Of a stretch of 64,000 nucleotides of DNA, positions 42,697-51,570 are shown one piece after another (position 1 is the stretch's first letter; every line of letters starts with the position of its first letter). Where the stretch lies: NCBI GenBank assembly GCA_046714195.1, contig JBKKAY010000111.1:1632-65631 (forward strand), given 5' to 3'. The position numbers were made by a program, and so were the translations under genes. The notes under the pieces are model-generated. The model did not search any database and was not told where the DNA came from. It was given only the letters and a program-made list of their open reading frames with translations. This DNA comes from Gemmatimonadaceae bacterium (GTDB taxonomy: Bacteria > Gemmatimonadota > Gemmatimonadetes > Gemmatimonadales > Gemmatimonadaceae).

Positions 42697-44060
42697 TCGT
42701 CGTCAAGTTCGGCGGCACCTCGGTTGGCGATGCGGAGGCCATCGGCCGGGCGGCGGACATCGTCCAGGGACGCCTCGATCGCCAGCCGGCAGTGGTGGTA
42801 TCGGCTCTGGGTGGAGCGACGAACGCATTGCTCGCGATAGGGGAGCAGTCCGCCAAGGGCCATCTCATCGGAGCGCTTCGCGGCGTCGAGGCGCTCAGGG
42901 ACAGGCACTTCAAGCAGTGCGAGACCCTGCTCGGGACATCCGCCGAGGCGTCGGAAGTCGCGGCCGAGATGAGCGCCAGCTTCGACGAGCTCGCCAGCCT
43001 GGCCGAGGCGCTGTCGGTGCTGGGCCACGCTACCCCGCGCGCCTTCGACGCCATCGCCGCGTTCGGCGAGCAGCTCTCATCGCAGCTGGTGACGGCGTTC
43101 TTCACGCTGCGCGGACTGCCGGCGGAGCACATCGATGCGCGTGACGTATTCGTCACCGACGACAACTTCATGGCCGCTGAGCCGCAGATCGACGCCATCG
43201 CAGAAGCCGCGCGTGAAGTGGTGCTTCCCCGAATACAGGAGGGGAGAGTTCCGGTGATGGGGGGATTCATCGGCCGGACAGCAAAAGGAATCACCACCAC
43301 GCTCGGACGTGGCGGCTCCGACTACAGCGCGTCGCTCCTCGGCGCGGCGCTCCATGCCGATTCGATCGAGATATGGACTGATGTGGACGGCATGCTTACC
43401 GCCGATCCACGGGTGGTCAAAGGATCCAGGCTCATCGAGCAGATCCGCTTCGACGAAGCGTCTGAGCTCGCATCCTTCGGCGCCAAGGTGCTCCACCCCA
43501 GCACGATCGCTCCCGCGGTACGACTCGGCATTCCGGTTTTCATCTACAACTCCCGGAATCCCGGCGGAAAGGGCACCCGCATCACCTTCGACGCCCCCAG
43601 GCGCGCGGTGAGCGCGATCGCGGGCAAAAGCGGAGTGACGGTGGTCAAGGTCGGCGCCGCCAAGATGCTCTTCGCGCGGGGATTTCTGCGCCGCGTCTTC
43701 GACATCTTCGAGCGCAACGGCGTCTCGGTCGACGTCGTGGCGACATCGGAGGTCTCCGTCTCGGTGACGGTGGACGATCCGTCCGGGCTCGAGTCGTTGA
43801 TCGTCGAGCTGTCGGCGCTGGGAGATGTCTCGGTGGAGCGCGACCGGGCTATCGTGGCGGTGGTCGGAGCGGCGATCAGCGATGACTCGGCGGCGATGGG
43901 ACGCGCGGTGGGAGCGCTGGCGGGACTCAAGATTCACATGATGTCGCTGAGCGCGACCGGCATCAATCTCACAATCATCATCGATGGCGATCAGCTGAAC
44001 CCTTCGCTCGAGCGGCTGCACGCCGAGTTCTTTGGCGGCGTGGGGGGGGCCGGAAAATGA
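42693..44060 (+). CDS. lysC: Aspartate kinase
   Basis: KFGGTSV, TTLGRGGSDYSA, WTDVDG..ADPR, FGAKVLHP, C-terminal ACT domains. Confidence 0.94.
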   Translation: MIVVKFGGTSVGDAEAIGRAADIVQGRLDRQPAVVVSALGGATNALLAIGEQSAKGHLIGALRGVEALRDRHFKQCETLLGTSAEASEVAAEMSASFDELASLAEALSVLGHATPRAFDAIAAFGEQLSSQLVTAFFTLRGLPAEHIDARDVFVTDDNFMAAEPQIDAIAEAAREVVLPRIQEGRVPVMGGFIGRTAKGITTTLGRGGSDYSASLLGAALHADSIEIWTDVDGMLTADPRVVKGSRLIEQIRFDEASELASFGAKVLHPSTIAPAVRLGIPVFIYNSRNPGGKGTRITFDAPRRAVSAIAGKSGVTVVKVGAAKMLFARGFLRRVFDIFERNGVSVDVVATSEVSVSVTVDDPSGLESLIVELSALGDVSVERDRAIVAVVGAAISDDSAAMGRAVGALAGLKIHMMSLSATGINLTIIIDGDQLNPSLERLHAEFFGGVGGAGK

Positions 44061-44782
44061 CGGCGCGGCGCATGGCCGTCTTGGGCGACGGAAGAATGGG
44101 GAAGGCAATAGCCCAGCTGGCGCGCGAGCAGGGGTGGGAAGTGACGGCGGTGCTCGGTGCCCGGGAAAGCGACCAGGGTCGCGGCATCTCGAGGACCACC
44201 CTCGGCAACGCCCAAGTCGCGGTGGAGTTCACGGAGCCGGGCGCGGCGGTGGCCAACATCTCGGCGTGCCTGCGGGCGAACGTCCCGGTGGTTGCCGGAA
44301 CCACCGGCTGGTACGACGCGCTGCCTCAGCTCACGCGGCTGGCCGAAGAAACCGGAACGGGGCTGCTATGGTCGCCCAACTTCTCGCTTGGCGTGAACGT
44401 GTTTCTCGAGCTCGCACGTTACGCCGGCACATTGATGCGGTCAGTCGGCGGGTTCGACTCGCACATCGTCGAGATACATCACTCGAAGAAGAAGGACGCC
44501 CCCTCCGGCACGGCGGGGGCCATCGCGCGGGAGACGGAAAGTGGACTTGGCCGCGCAGTTCCGGTGACCAGCGTCCGCACCGGCGAGGTTCCGGGTACCC
44601 ACGAGCTGATCTTCGACGGCGCGTACGAGCAGCTGACTCTCGTTCACATGGCGCGGGATCGACGCGTGTTCGCGGAGGGCGCGGTGCGCGCCGCCGGCTG
44701 GCTGATGGGCAGGAAGGGAGGAGGAGTTTTCACCATGAAGGACGTGCTCGCCGGTGAAACAATCCGGCCGGGAATCGCGTAG
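44057..44782 (+). CDS. dapB: 4-hydroxy-tetrahydrodipicolinate reductase
   Basis: G.GRMG, GTTGW, PNFSLG, EIHHSKKKDAPSGTA. Confidence 0.94.
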   Translation: MTARRMAVLGDGRMGKAIAQLAREQGWEVTAVLGARESDQGRGISRTTLGNAQVAVEFTEPGAAVANISACLRANVPVVAGTTGWYDALPQLTRLAEETGTGLLWSPNFSLGVNVFLELARYAGTLMRSVGGFDSHIVEIHHSKKKDAPSGTAGAIARETESGLGRAVPVTSVRTGEVPGTHELIFDGAYEQLTLVHMARDRRVFAEGAVRAAGWLMGRKGGGVFTMKDVLAGETIRPGIA

Positions 44783-44823
44783 TCGAGGATGTAGCTGGGT
44801 CGGCCTTTCAGAACGGAGTACCC

Positions 44824-45270
44824 ATGTCGAATCGTCTAGCGCTCGTCGCGATTTTCGGGGCCGGGATGTTGGCGATCTCGTGCCGCGGCGGGCAGGACTC
44901 AGATCCCATTCCCGAGGCGGTTCCAGGCTCCTACGTCTACTCCGCCAACGGCTCGCTCGCGAACAAACTCTCGTGGCAGATCGCGGCCAACCTGGACCTC
45001 AAGCCGGACGGCACCTTCGCCCTCTCTCTCGACAAGACGACGAACGGGAAAAGGGATTCGACGGAGCGGACCCACGGGACGTACACCGTGTCCGGCGACA
45101 AGATCTGGATCACGGAATCAAAGGACGCGGGCGGCTACCGCTCGAGGGGAAGCCACGGCCTCACGATCAGGCCCGATTCACTGGTCGGAGCGGTCGGCTG
45201 GAAGGATCACCTGGTCCTCAGGGGCATGGGCATTCCCGATCCGGTCTTCGTCAAGCGCCGTCAGATCTGA
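44824..45270 (+). CDS. Hypothetical lipoprotein
   Basis: GGAG RBS, lipobox LAISC, beta-rich LKPDGTF...GTYTVSGD pattern. Confidence 0.65.
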   Translation: MSNRLALVAIFGAGMLAISCRGGQDSDPIPEAVPGSYVYSANGSLANKLSWQIAANLDLKPDGTFALSLDKTTNGKRDSTERTHGTYTVSGDKIWITESKDAGGYRSRGSHGLTIRPDSLVGAVGWKDHLVLRGMGIPDPVFVKRRQI

Positions 45271-45377
45271 CACTCGCGCGATTTCTCTTCGCGGATTAGC
45301 GCGTCGAGTGATGGAGCCGCGTACATTTACCACGTTCGATGATTTCCCATTCGGGAAATTTCTCACGTGGAGGATGG

Positions 45378-46271
45378 ATGATCGCGCAGCGGCTCACGGG
45401 GTGTGGAACCGCCCTCGTTACCCCCTTCACCACGTCGGGTGAGATAGACGAGCGCTCGCTTCGATCGTTTGTGGACTGGCAGATCTCCAGCGGTGTCCAT
45501 TTCATCGTGCCGTGCGGCTCGACCGGTGAGGCCGCGACGATGACGACGACAGAGCACCGGCGGGTTGTCGAGATCAGCGTCGAGCAGGCGGCAGGACGAG
45601 TGCCGGTTGTGGCGGGTGCCGCATCCAACGACACCCAGAAAGCGATCGCGCTCTCGCGTGAGATGGAATCCGCCGGCGCGACTCACCTGCTCCACGCGTC
45701 GCCGATGTACAACAAACCGCCACAGCGTGGAATCGTCGCGCACTTCCGCGCCGTCGCGGACTCCGTCGGCATTCCAATCGTGGTTTACAATGTTCCCGGC
45801 CGCACCGGCAGCAACGTCGAAGCGGCGACCACACTGGAGCTCGCGGAGCACGAGAACATCGTCGCGGTAAAGGAAGCGTCCGCAAACCTCACCCAGATTG
45901 GGGAGATAATCCGCCATCGTCCAGCCCGGTTCTCGGTGCTCTCGGGCGACGACCCTCTCACGCTGCAGATCATGGCGGATGGCGGCGATGGTGTGATCTC
46001 CGTCACGTCGAACGCGGCCCCGCAGCTCGTGTCCAAACTCACTGAGCTATGCGCTGCCGGCGATTTCGCCGCCGCGCGGATGATCCACCACCAGCTGGCG
46101 GAATGGACCGCGGCCGCGTTCATCGAGTCGAATCCGATTCCTGCCAAGGCTGGTCTGGCGATGATGGGGCGGATGCAGAATGTGGTTCGTCTTCCACTGG
46201 TGCCGCTCGCCGAGCGATTCGAGCCGGCGGTCCGATCGGCCCTCGTCACCGCGGGAGCGCTCACCGCGTGA
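45378..46271 (+). CDS. dapA: 4-hydroxy-tetrahydrodipicolinate synthase
   Basis: TALVTPF, GSTGE, YNKP, YNVPGRT, VKEAS, SGDD, ESNPIP. Confidence 0.95.
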   Translation: MIAQRLTGCGTALVTPFTTSGEIDERSLRSFVDWQISSGVHFIVPCGSTGEAATMTTTEHRRVVEISVEQAAGRVPVVAGAASNDTQKAIALSREMESAGATHLLHASPMYNKPPQRGIVAHFRAVADSVGIPIVVYNVPGRTGSNVEAATTLELAEHENIVAVKEASANLTQIGEIIRHRPARFSVLSGDDPLTLQIMADGGDGVISVTSNAAPQLVSKLTELCAAGDFAAARMIHHQLAEWTAAAFIESNPIPAKAGLAMMGRMQNVVRLPLVPLAERFEPAVRSALVTAGALTA

Positions 46272-47137
46272 CCAAACTGGCGCGGCACGAGCTTGAGGAA
46301 AGGATCGATGAGCTCTCGTCGATTCCGGCAGGCGCGCCGGTTCCGGGGGATGCGAGGACCATGGTCAGGCGCCTCCTCGAGGCGCTGGAAGCGGGCGAAG
46401 TGAGAGCGGCCGAGAAAGACAGTCGTGGAGACTGGCGAGCAGTGCCGTGGGTCAAACGCGGAATCCTGCTCGGCTTTCGCGTCGGGGGAATGGTGGACAT
46501 GTCGATCGGATCCGCATCGACGCACACCACGCTCTCGTTCTACGACAAGGACACCTATCCGCCGCGATCCTTGAGCATCGCCGACGGAATCCGGATAGTC
46601 CCCGGCGGCTCGAGCATCCGGCGCGGAGCATACGTCGCCAACGGCGTGGTGTGCATGCCTCCCATGTACATCAACGTCGGAGCCCACGTCGGTGCGGGCA
46701 CCATGATCGACTCGCACGCGCTCGTCGGCTCGTGCGCGCAGGTGGGCGAGCGCGTGCACATCAGCGCGGCGGCGCAGATCGGCGGCGTGCTCGAGCCGGT
46801 GAACGCCTCACCGGTGGTCATCGAGGATGATGTCGTCGTCGGCGGAAACTGCGGGATCTACGAGGGGACGGTGGTCAGGCAGGGCGCGGTGATCGGCGCG
46901 GGCGTGGTGCTCACGCGTGGAACGCCGGTCTTCGACCTTGCGCGCGAGACGGTGCATCGCGCCGACGAGAGCAAGCCGCTCGTGATCCCCGAGAACGCAG
47001 TGGTGGTTCCAGGCGCGCGCCTGGTGCAGCGCGAGTGGGGCAAGGCTCAGGGGATTTCGCTTCAGACGCCTGTCATCGTCAAATACCGCGATGAGAAGAC
47101 TGACGCGGCCACCACGCTGGAAAGCTGGCTGCGTTGA
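46268..47137 (+). CDS. dapD: Tetrahydrodipicolinate N-succinyltransferase
   Basis: WVKRGILLGF, YDK, RIVP, YINVGA, VGSCAQVG, GGVLEP, hexapeptide repeats. Confidence 0.93.
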   Translation: MTKLARHELEERIDELSSIPAGAPVPGDARTMVRRLLEALEAGEVRAAEKDSRGDWRAVPWVKRGILLGFRVGGMVDMSIGSASTHTTLSFYDKDTYPPRSLSIADGIRIVPGGSSIRRGAYVANGVVCMPPMYINVGAHVGAGTMIDSHALVGSCAQVGERVHISAAAQIGGVLEPVNASPVVIEDDVVVGGNCGIYEGTVVRQGAVIGAGVVLTRGTPVFDLARETVHRADESKPLVIPENAVVVPGARLVQREWGKAQGISLQTPVIVKYRDEKTDAATTLESWLR

Positions 47138-48396
47138 GAGTGCAAGGCACGGTGCGAGTGCCCGGCGACAAGTCAATCTCCCACCGCGCCCTCCTTCTGG
47201 CATCGCTGGCGGACGGTGAATCGCTGGTTCACGGCATCGCGGATAGCGAAGACGTCGGGTCGAGCGCGCGCGTGATGCGGGCTCTCGGCGCGCCGATTCC
47301 ACCTCTTACGCGGACGGTACGGATCCCGGGGGTCGGATTACGCGGCTTGCGTCCGTTCCGCGCCAGTCTGGACTGCGGCAACAGTGGAACCACCGCACGC
47401 CTGGTGGCCGGGATCGTCTCGGCACTTCCGTTCTCGTCGCGCTTTGAGGGAGACTCCAGCCTGAGTCGCCGCCCGATGAAGCGGATCGCCGACCCACTCA
47501 CCTACATGGGCGCGCAGTTCGAGTTCGAGCGCGGCGAGGGCTTGCCGATGGTCGTGCAGGGCAGGGATCTGCGGAGCATCGATTGGGACACGGGGGGCTC
47601 GAGCGCGCAGGTCAAGAGCGCAATTCTGCTGGCGGGGATCGTTGCCGGCGTCGAGGTCAGGGTCACCGAGACCGCGCCGTCCCGCGATCACACCGAGCGG
47701 ATGTTGCGCGCGATGGGAGTGGATGTGGAGAACGACGGCAACCAGGTCTGTCTGCTTCCCGCCAGTCGCCTCAGGGCGCTGGAGCTCGAGGTGCCCGCCG
47801 ATCCTTCTTCTGCCGCGATGTTCGTCGCGCTGGCAGTGATGGCGGACGAGGGCGAGCTAGTCATCGAGGATATCTGTCTCAATCCCACGCGCACAGGATT
47901 TCTTCGAGCCGTGAGTCGGATGGGAGGCGACCTGTTCACGGAGGATCTGAAGGAGAGCGGGGGCGAACAGATCGGATCGGTGCGGGTGAGGCCCGGCTCG
48001 CTCGAATCGATCTCCCTCGGCGCGAGCGAAGTCCCGTCTCTCATCGACGAGCTCCCGATTCTGGCGTGTCTGGCCGCCGGGTCCGGCGTCGACCTCGAGG
48101 TCACCGGCGCGGCGGAGCTGCGCGTGAAAGAGAGCGATCGCATCACTACGGTCGTCGAGAATCTCATCAGCGTAGGCGCATCGGCCGAGGAGTTGCCCGA
48201 CGGCTTTCGCGTGCACGGACACCGTGGGGGGACCCCGCTGGCGGGCACCGTTGATCCGCGTGGTGACCATCGAATAGCGATGGCATTCGGAATCCTCGGG
48301 GCAGTGCACGGGAACCGAATTGAGGTGCAAGGTCAGGATTGTGTCGGCGTTTCGTATCCCAGGTTCTGGGACGATTTGAAGCGAGCGGTCGCTTGA
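47134..48396 (+). CDS. aroA: 3-phosphoshikimate 1-carboxyvinyltransferase (class II)
   Basis: PGDKSISHR, CGNSGTT, SAQVKS, RDHTE, LRVKESDR, DHRIAM. Confidence 0.95.
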   Translation: MRVQGTVRVPGDKSISHRALLLASLADGESLVHGIADSEDVGSSARVMRALGAPIPPLTRTVRIPGVGLRGLRPFRASLDCGNSGTTARLVAGIVSALPFSSRFEGDSSLSRRPMKRIADPLTYMGAQFEFERGEGLPMVVQGRDLRSIDWDTGGSSAQVKSAILLAGIVAGVEVRVTETAPSRDHTERMLRAMGVDVENDGNQVCLLPASRLRALELEVPADPSSAAMFVALAVMADEGELVIEDICLNPTRTGFLRAVSRMGGDLFTEDLKESGGEQIGSVRVRPGSLESISLGASEVPSLIDELPILACLAAGSGVDLEVTGAAELRVKESDRITTVVENLISVGASAEELPDGFRVHGHRGGTPLAGTVDPRGDHRIAMAFGILGAVHGNRIEVQGQDCVGVSYPRFWDDLKRAVA

Positions 48397-49049
48397 CCAG
48401 GCGCACCCGTGTCATCGCCATCGATGGGCCTGCCGCCTCGGGGAAGTCCTCGACCGCGCAGATGGTAGCCGACAAGCTCGGGTACCTCCACGTGGATTCA
48501 GGCTCCCTATACCGTGCCGCGACCGCGGCGGCGCTGCGTGAGGAACAGGACCCCGAGAAGTGGACCGACGATCTGGTGTTGAAGGCCGCGGCGCCCATCG
48601 AGCTGCGCGCGGCGCGTACGTCGTTCTATCCCGTGCTGGACGGCCGCGCACTCGAAGACGAGATCCGCGGCGACGAGGTGACGCGGAATGTTTCCCGGGT
48701 GGCGCAGATGCAGCCGGTGCGGGAATGGGTCAACCGTCTGGTGCGGGACGCGGCCGAGCAGCGAAATGTGGTGGTGGACGGTCGTGACATGGGGACGGTG
48801 GTGTTCCCCGATGCCGATCTCAAGATTTTTCTCGTCGCGGACAGCCGTGAGCGCGCGCTCCGACGGCTCCGGCAGCGGGGCCATGAACCGGTCTCTGAAC
48901 AAACCGTCGACGACGAGACTATACGCATTGAGGAGCGTGACGCGCGCGACGCCGGGCAAACCGTTCCCGCCAGCGACGCCGTGACGATCGATACGACTGC
49001 CCTCACGCAGAAGGAGCAGGTGGAACAGATTGTGACCCTGTCGCGGTAG
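48393..49049 (+). CDS. cmk: Cytidylate kinase
   Basis: IAIDGPAASGKSS, DSGSLYRA, VDGRDMGTVVFPDA; aroA-cmk-rpsA context. Confidence 0.94.
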   Translation: MTRRTRVIAIDGPAASGKSSTAQMVADKLGYLHVDSGSLYRAATAAALREEQDPEKWTDDLVLKAAAPIELRAARTSFYPVLDGRALEDEIRGDEVTRNVSRVAQMQPVREWVNRLVRDAAEQRNVVVDGRDMGTVVFPDADLKIFLVADSRERALRRLRQRGHEPVSEQTVDDETIRIEERDARDAGQTVPASDAVTIDTTALTQKEQVEQIVTLSR

Positions 49050-49131
49050 CGCGCGCCGTGACGGTTCTCTAACGCGGATCGCTGTTTCCTAGTCCACCGG
49101 ACGATCGGTGGGCGCTTGAAGGGAAGACGCA

Positions 49132-49347
49132 ATGCGGAGGTTTACCGACAGACTTGGGCTCGACTGGACTGCATTCGAGGCTGTGCGGCCGGGCGGACTC
49201 CCCGATCGCAGGGTGAAGGCCGCCAGCGTGACCGTCGCGTTCAAGTGTGACGACGGCAGCGAGGTTGCGATGGACCTGCCTGTCGGCGCTCTCGACGGGC
49301 TATCGGACGAAGAGCTGATCCTGCTGCTTACCAAGGGGCTCAAGTAA
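49132..49347 (+). CDS. Small hypothetical protein (71 aa)
   Basis: Purine-rich RBS (GAAGGGAAG), GC3-rich codons, fills the cmk-rpsA gap. Confidence 0.6.
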   Translation: MRRFTDRLGLDWTAFEAVRPGGLPDRRVKAASVTVAFKCDDGSEVAMDLPVGALDGLSDEELILLLTKGLK

Positions 49348-49348
49348 C

Positions 49349-49496
49349 ACTGCGGACTGCGGACTAACTGCGGACTGCGAACCAACTGCGGACTGCGAAC
49401 TAACTACGTGACTTCAGCCGGAGTTCCAAGCCCGCTATGAGGTTCGCAGTCCGCAATCAGTTCGCAGTTCGCAATCCGCAATCCGTCCGCAGTCCG
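49349..49496 (+). repeat. Three tandem 18-bp repeats plus a degenerate inverted copy (large hairpin)
   Basis: ACTGCGGACTGCGGACTA, ACTGCGGACTGCGAACCA, ACTGCGGACTGCGAACTA (49349-49402). The reverse-complement arm starts GGTTCGCAGTCCGCA at 49441. Confidence 0.85.
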
Positions 49497-49532
49497 AATC
49501 TCCAGAGGTGACATTTCTGATGGTCACCCATG

Positions 49533-49561
49533 TTGACCTCGCCCATAGAGTGATCTATACT
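49533..49561 (+). promoter_or_regulatory. Sigma70-type promoter of rpsA
   Basis: TTGACC-N17-TATACT. Confidence 0.8.
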
Positions 49562-49603
49562 TAAAGGCTTGCCCCGAACGCACTCAACCCTTTAACCAGC
49601 AAC

Positions 49604-51430
49604 ATGATAGACTCTCCTGACCAAACCCTGAACCCCACCTCTACCGGCACGACGCTGACGGCGCGCGAGAAGCGCGACCTGCAGAAAGCGCAGCTGCGTC
49701 CGCTTGCCAACCTGCGCCCCGAGCTCTACGACGAGGACGATTACTCGCAGGACGAGCTCGAAGCAATGATGGAGATGTACAACGGGACGATGGCCTCGAT
49801 CGAAGAAGGCGAGATCGTCAAGTCCCGTGTGCTGGATATTCGCGACAACATGGTCGTCCTGGACATCGGCTTCAAATCCGAAGGGACGATCCCGCTCGAA
49901 GAGTTCAAGGATCTCCCCGACCTGAAGCCGGGTGACGAAGTCGAAGTGCTGCTCGAGCACCTCGAGGACATGGAAGGATCGGTCGTCCTCTCGAAGAAGA
50001 AGGCCGACTTCATGCGCGTGTGGGAGCGCATCCGCGTCGCTTACGAGAACGACGAGCCGGTGCGCGGCACGCTCAACAAGAAGATCAAGGGCGGCGTGGT
50101 CGTCGATCTCATGGGAGTGGACGCATTCCTCCCCGGCTCGCAGATCGCGCTCCGTCGCGTTCCGAACGTCGACGAGCTCCTGGGCCAGACCTTCGACTTC
50201 AAGATCATCAAGCTCAATAAGCGCCGGCGGAACATCGTCGTCTCGCGTCGCGTCATCCTCGAGCAGGAGCGGGCGGGCAAGCGCGAGAAGCTGATGAAGG
50301 AGCTCCAGAAGGATCAGGTGAGAAAGGGAGTCGTCAAGAACATCACGGACTTCGGCGCATTCATCGACCTGGGTGGCGTGGACGGTCTGCTCCACATCAC
50401 CGACATGTCGTACGGCCGCATCCAGCACCCGTCCGAGATGGTGCACATCGGTCAGGAGCTCGAGGTCAAGGTTCTCGACATCGATTGGGATCGCGAGCGC
50501 ATCTCGCTCGGCTTGAAGCAGCTCCAGAGCTATCCGTGGAAGGACGTGGCGGAGAAGTATCCGGTCGGCACCAGAGTGTCCGGCAAGGTCGTCTCGATCA
50601 CCAACTACGGCGCGTTCATCGAGCTCGAGCCGGGCATCGAAGGACTCGTTCACATCAGCGAGATGAGCTGGACTCGCAACGTGCGTCATCCGTCGAAGCT
50701 GGTCTCGATCGGCGAGGCCATCGAAGCGGTGGTGCTCAAGGTCGATCCGAACGAGGAGAAGATCTCCCTCGGCATGAAGCAGACGGAGCAGGACCCTTGG
50801 ATGATGCTTCCGGAGAAGTATCCGGTCGGCACGCGTCTCAACGGCAAGGTGCGGAACCTCACCAGCTTCGGGGCCTTCGTCGAGATCGAGCCGGGAATCG
50901 ATGGTCTGATCCACATCTCCGACATGTCCTGGACCAAGCGCGTGCAGCACCCTTCGGAAGTCGTGAAAAAGGGTGATGCGGTAGATGTCGTGATCCTGAA
51001 TGTGGATGCCGAGAACAAGCGCATCTCACTCGGCCTCAAGCAGGCGACCGAGGATCCGTGGCTTCGCATCGGTGAGACCTATCCGGTCGGCACCGAGCTC
51101 AGTGGCAAGGTCGTGCGCCTGATGGACAAGGGCGTCGTCGTCGACATCGGCAACGACATCGAGGGCTTCGTTCCGGTAAGCCAGCTCAACTTCGGCAATC
51201 CGGTGAACAGCCCCGCGGACATCGTCTACGAGACCATGAATCTCGAACTCAGAGTTCTCGAGGTGGATCCGATCCACCGTCGCATCGTGCTGGCGGTGAC
51301 GGCGATTCCAGATGGGCAGCCGCCGCGTCCGGAGACGCCTTCCAAGGTGATCCCGATGGAGTCGGACGAGTACAATCTGACGGACCCGCTGCCGCCGATT
51401 CCCGACGCCTACGTCGAAGAGCCAGCGTAG
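49604..51430 (+). CDS. rpsA: 30S ribosomal protein S1
   Basis: Six S1 repeats (IG.KSEG, AFLPGSQI, FGAFIDLGG.DGLLHI, GIEGLVHISE...). Confidence 0.97.
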   Translation: MIDSPDQTLNPTSTGTTLTAREKRDLQKAQLRPLANLRPELYDEDDYSQDELEAMMEMYNGTMASIEEGEIVKSRVLDIRDNMVVLDIGFKSEGTIPLEEFKDLPDLKPGDEVEVLLEHLEDMEGSVVLSKKKADFMRVWERIRVAYENDEPVRGTLNKKIKGGVVVDLMGVDAFLPGSQIALRRVPNVDELLGQTFDFKIIKLNKRRRNIVVSRRVILEQERAGKREKLMKELQKDQVRKGVVKNITDFGAFIDLGGVDGLLHITDMSYGRIQHPSEMVHIGQELEVKVLDIDWDRERISLGLKQLQSYPWKDVAEKYPVGTRVSGKVVSITNYGAFIELEPGIEGLVHISEMSWTRNVRHPSKLVSIGEAIEAVVLKVDPNEEKISLGMKQTEQDPWMMLPEKYPVGTRLNGKVRNLTSFGAFVEIEPGIDGLIHISDMSWTKRVQHPSEVVKKGDAVDVVILNVDAENKRISLGLKQATEDPWLRIGETYPVGTELSGKVVRLMDKGVVVDIGNDIEGFVPVSQLNFGNPVNSPADIVYETMNLELRVLEVDPIHRRIVLAVTAIPDGQPPRPETPSKVIPMESDEYNLTDPLPPIPDAYVEEPA

Positions 51431-51446
51431 CGGTCGGACGCAGTTG

Positions 51447-51477
51447 AAACGGCCCGGTCATTTGACCGGGCCGTTTT
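51447..51477 (+). terminator. Rho-independent terminator of rpsA
   Basis: AAACGGCCCGGTCA-TT-TGACCGGGCCGTTTT. Confidence 0.88.
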
Positions 51478-51570
51478 ACTTTGAAGCTTGCGAGCGGTCG
51501 ATCGCGGTCTCATCATGAAGTCTGTTACAACGCTTTCGACACCCGCCGTCCACCCGCCCCCGAGGTTTGG

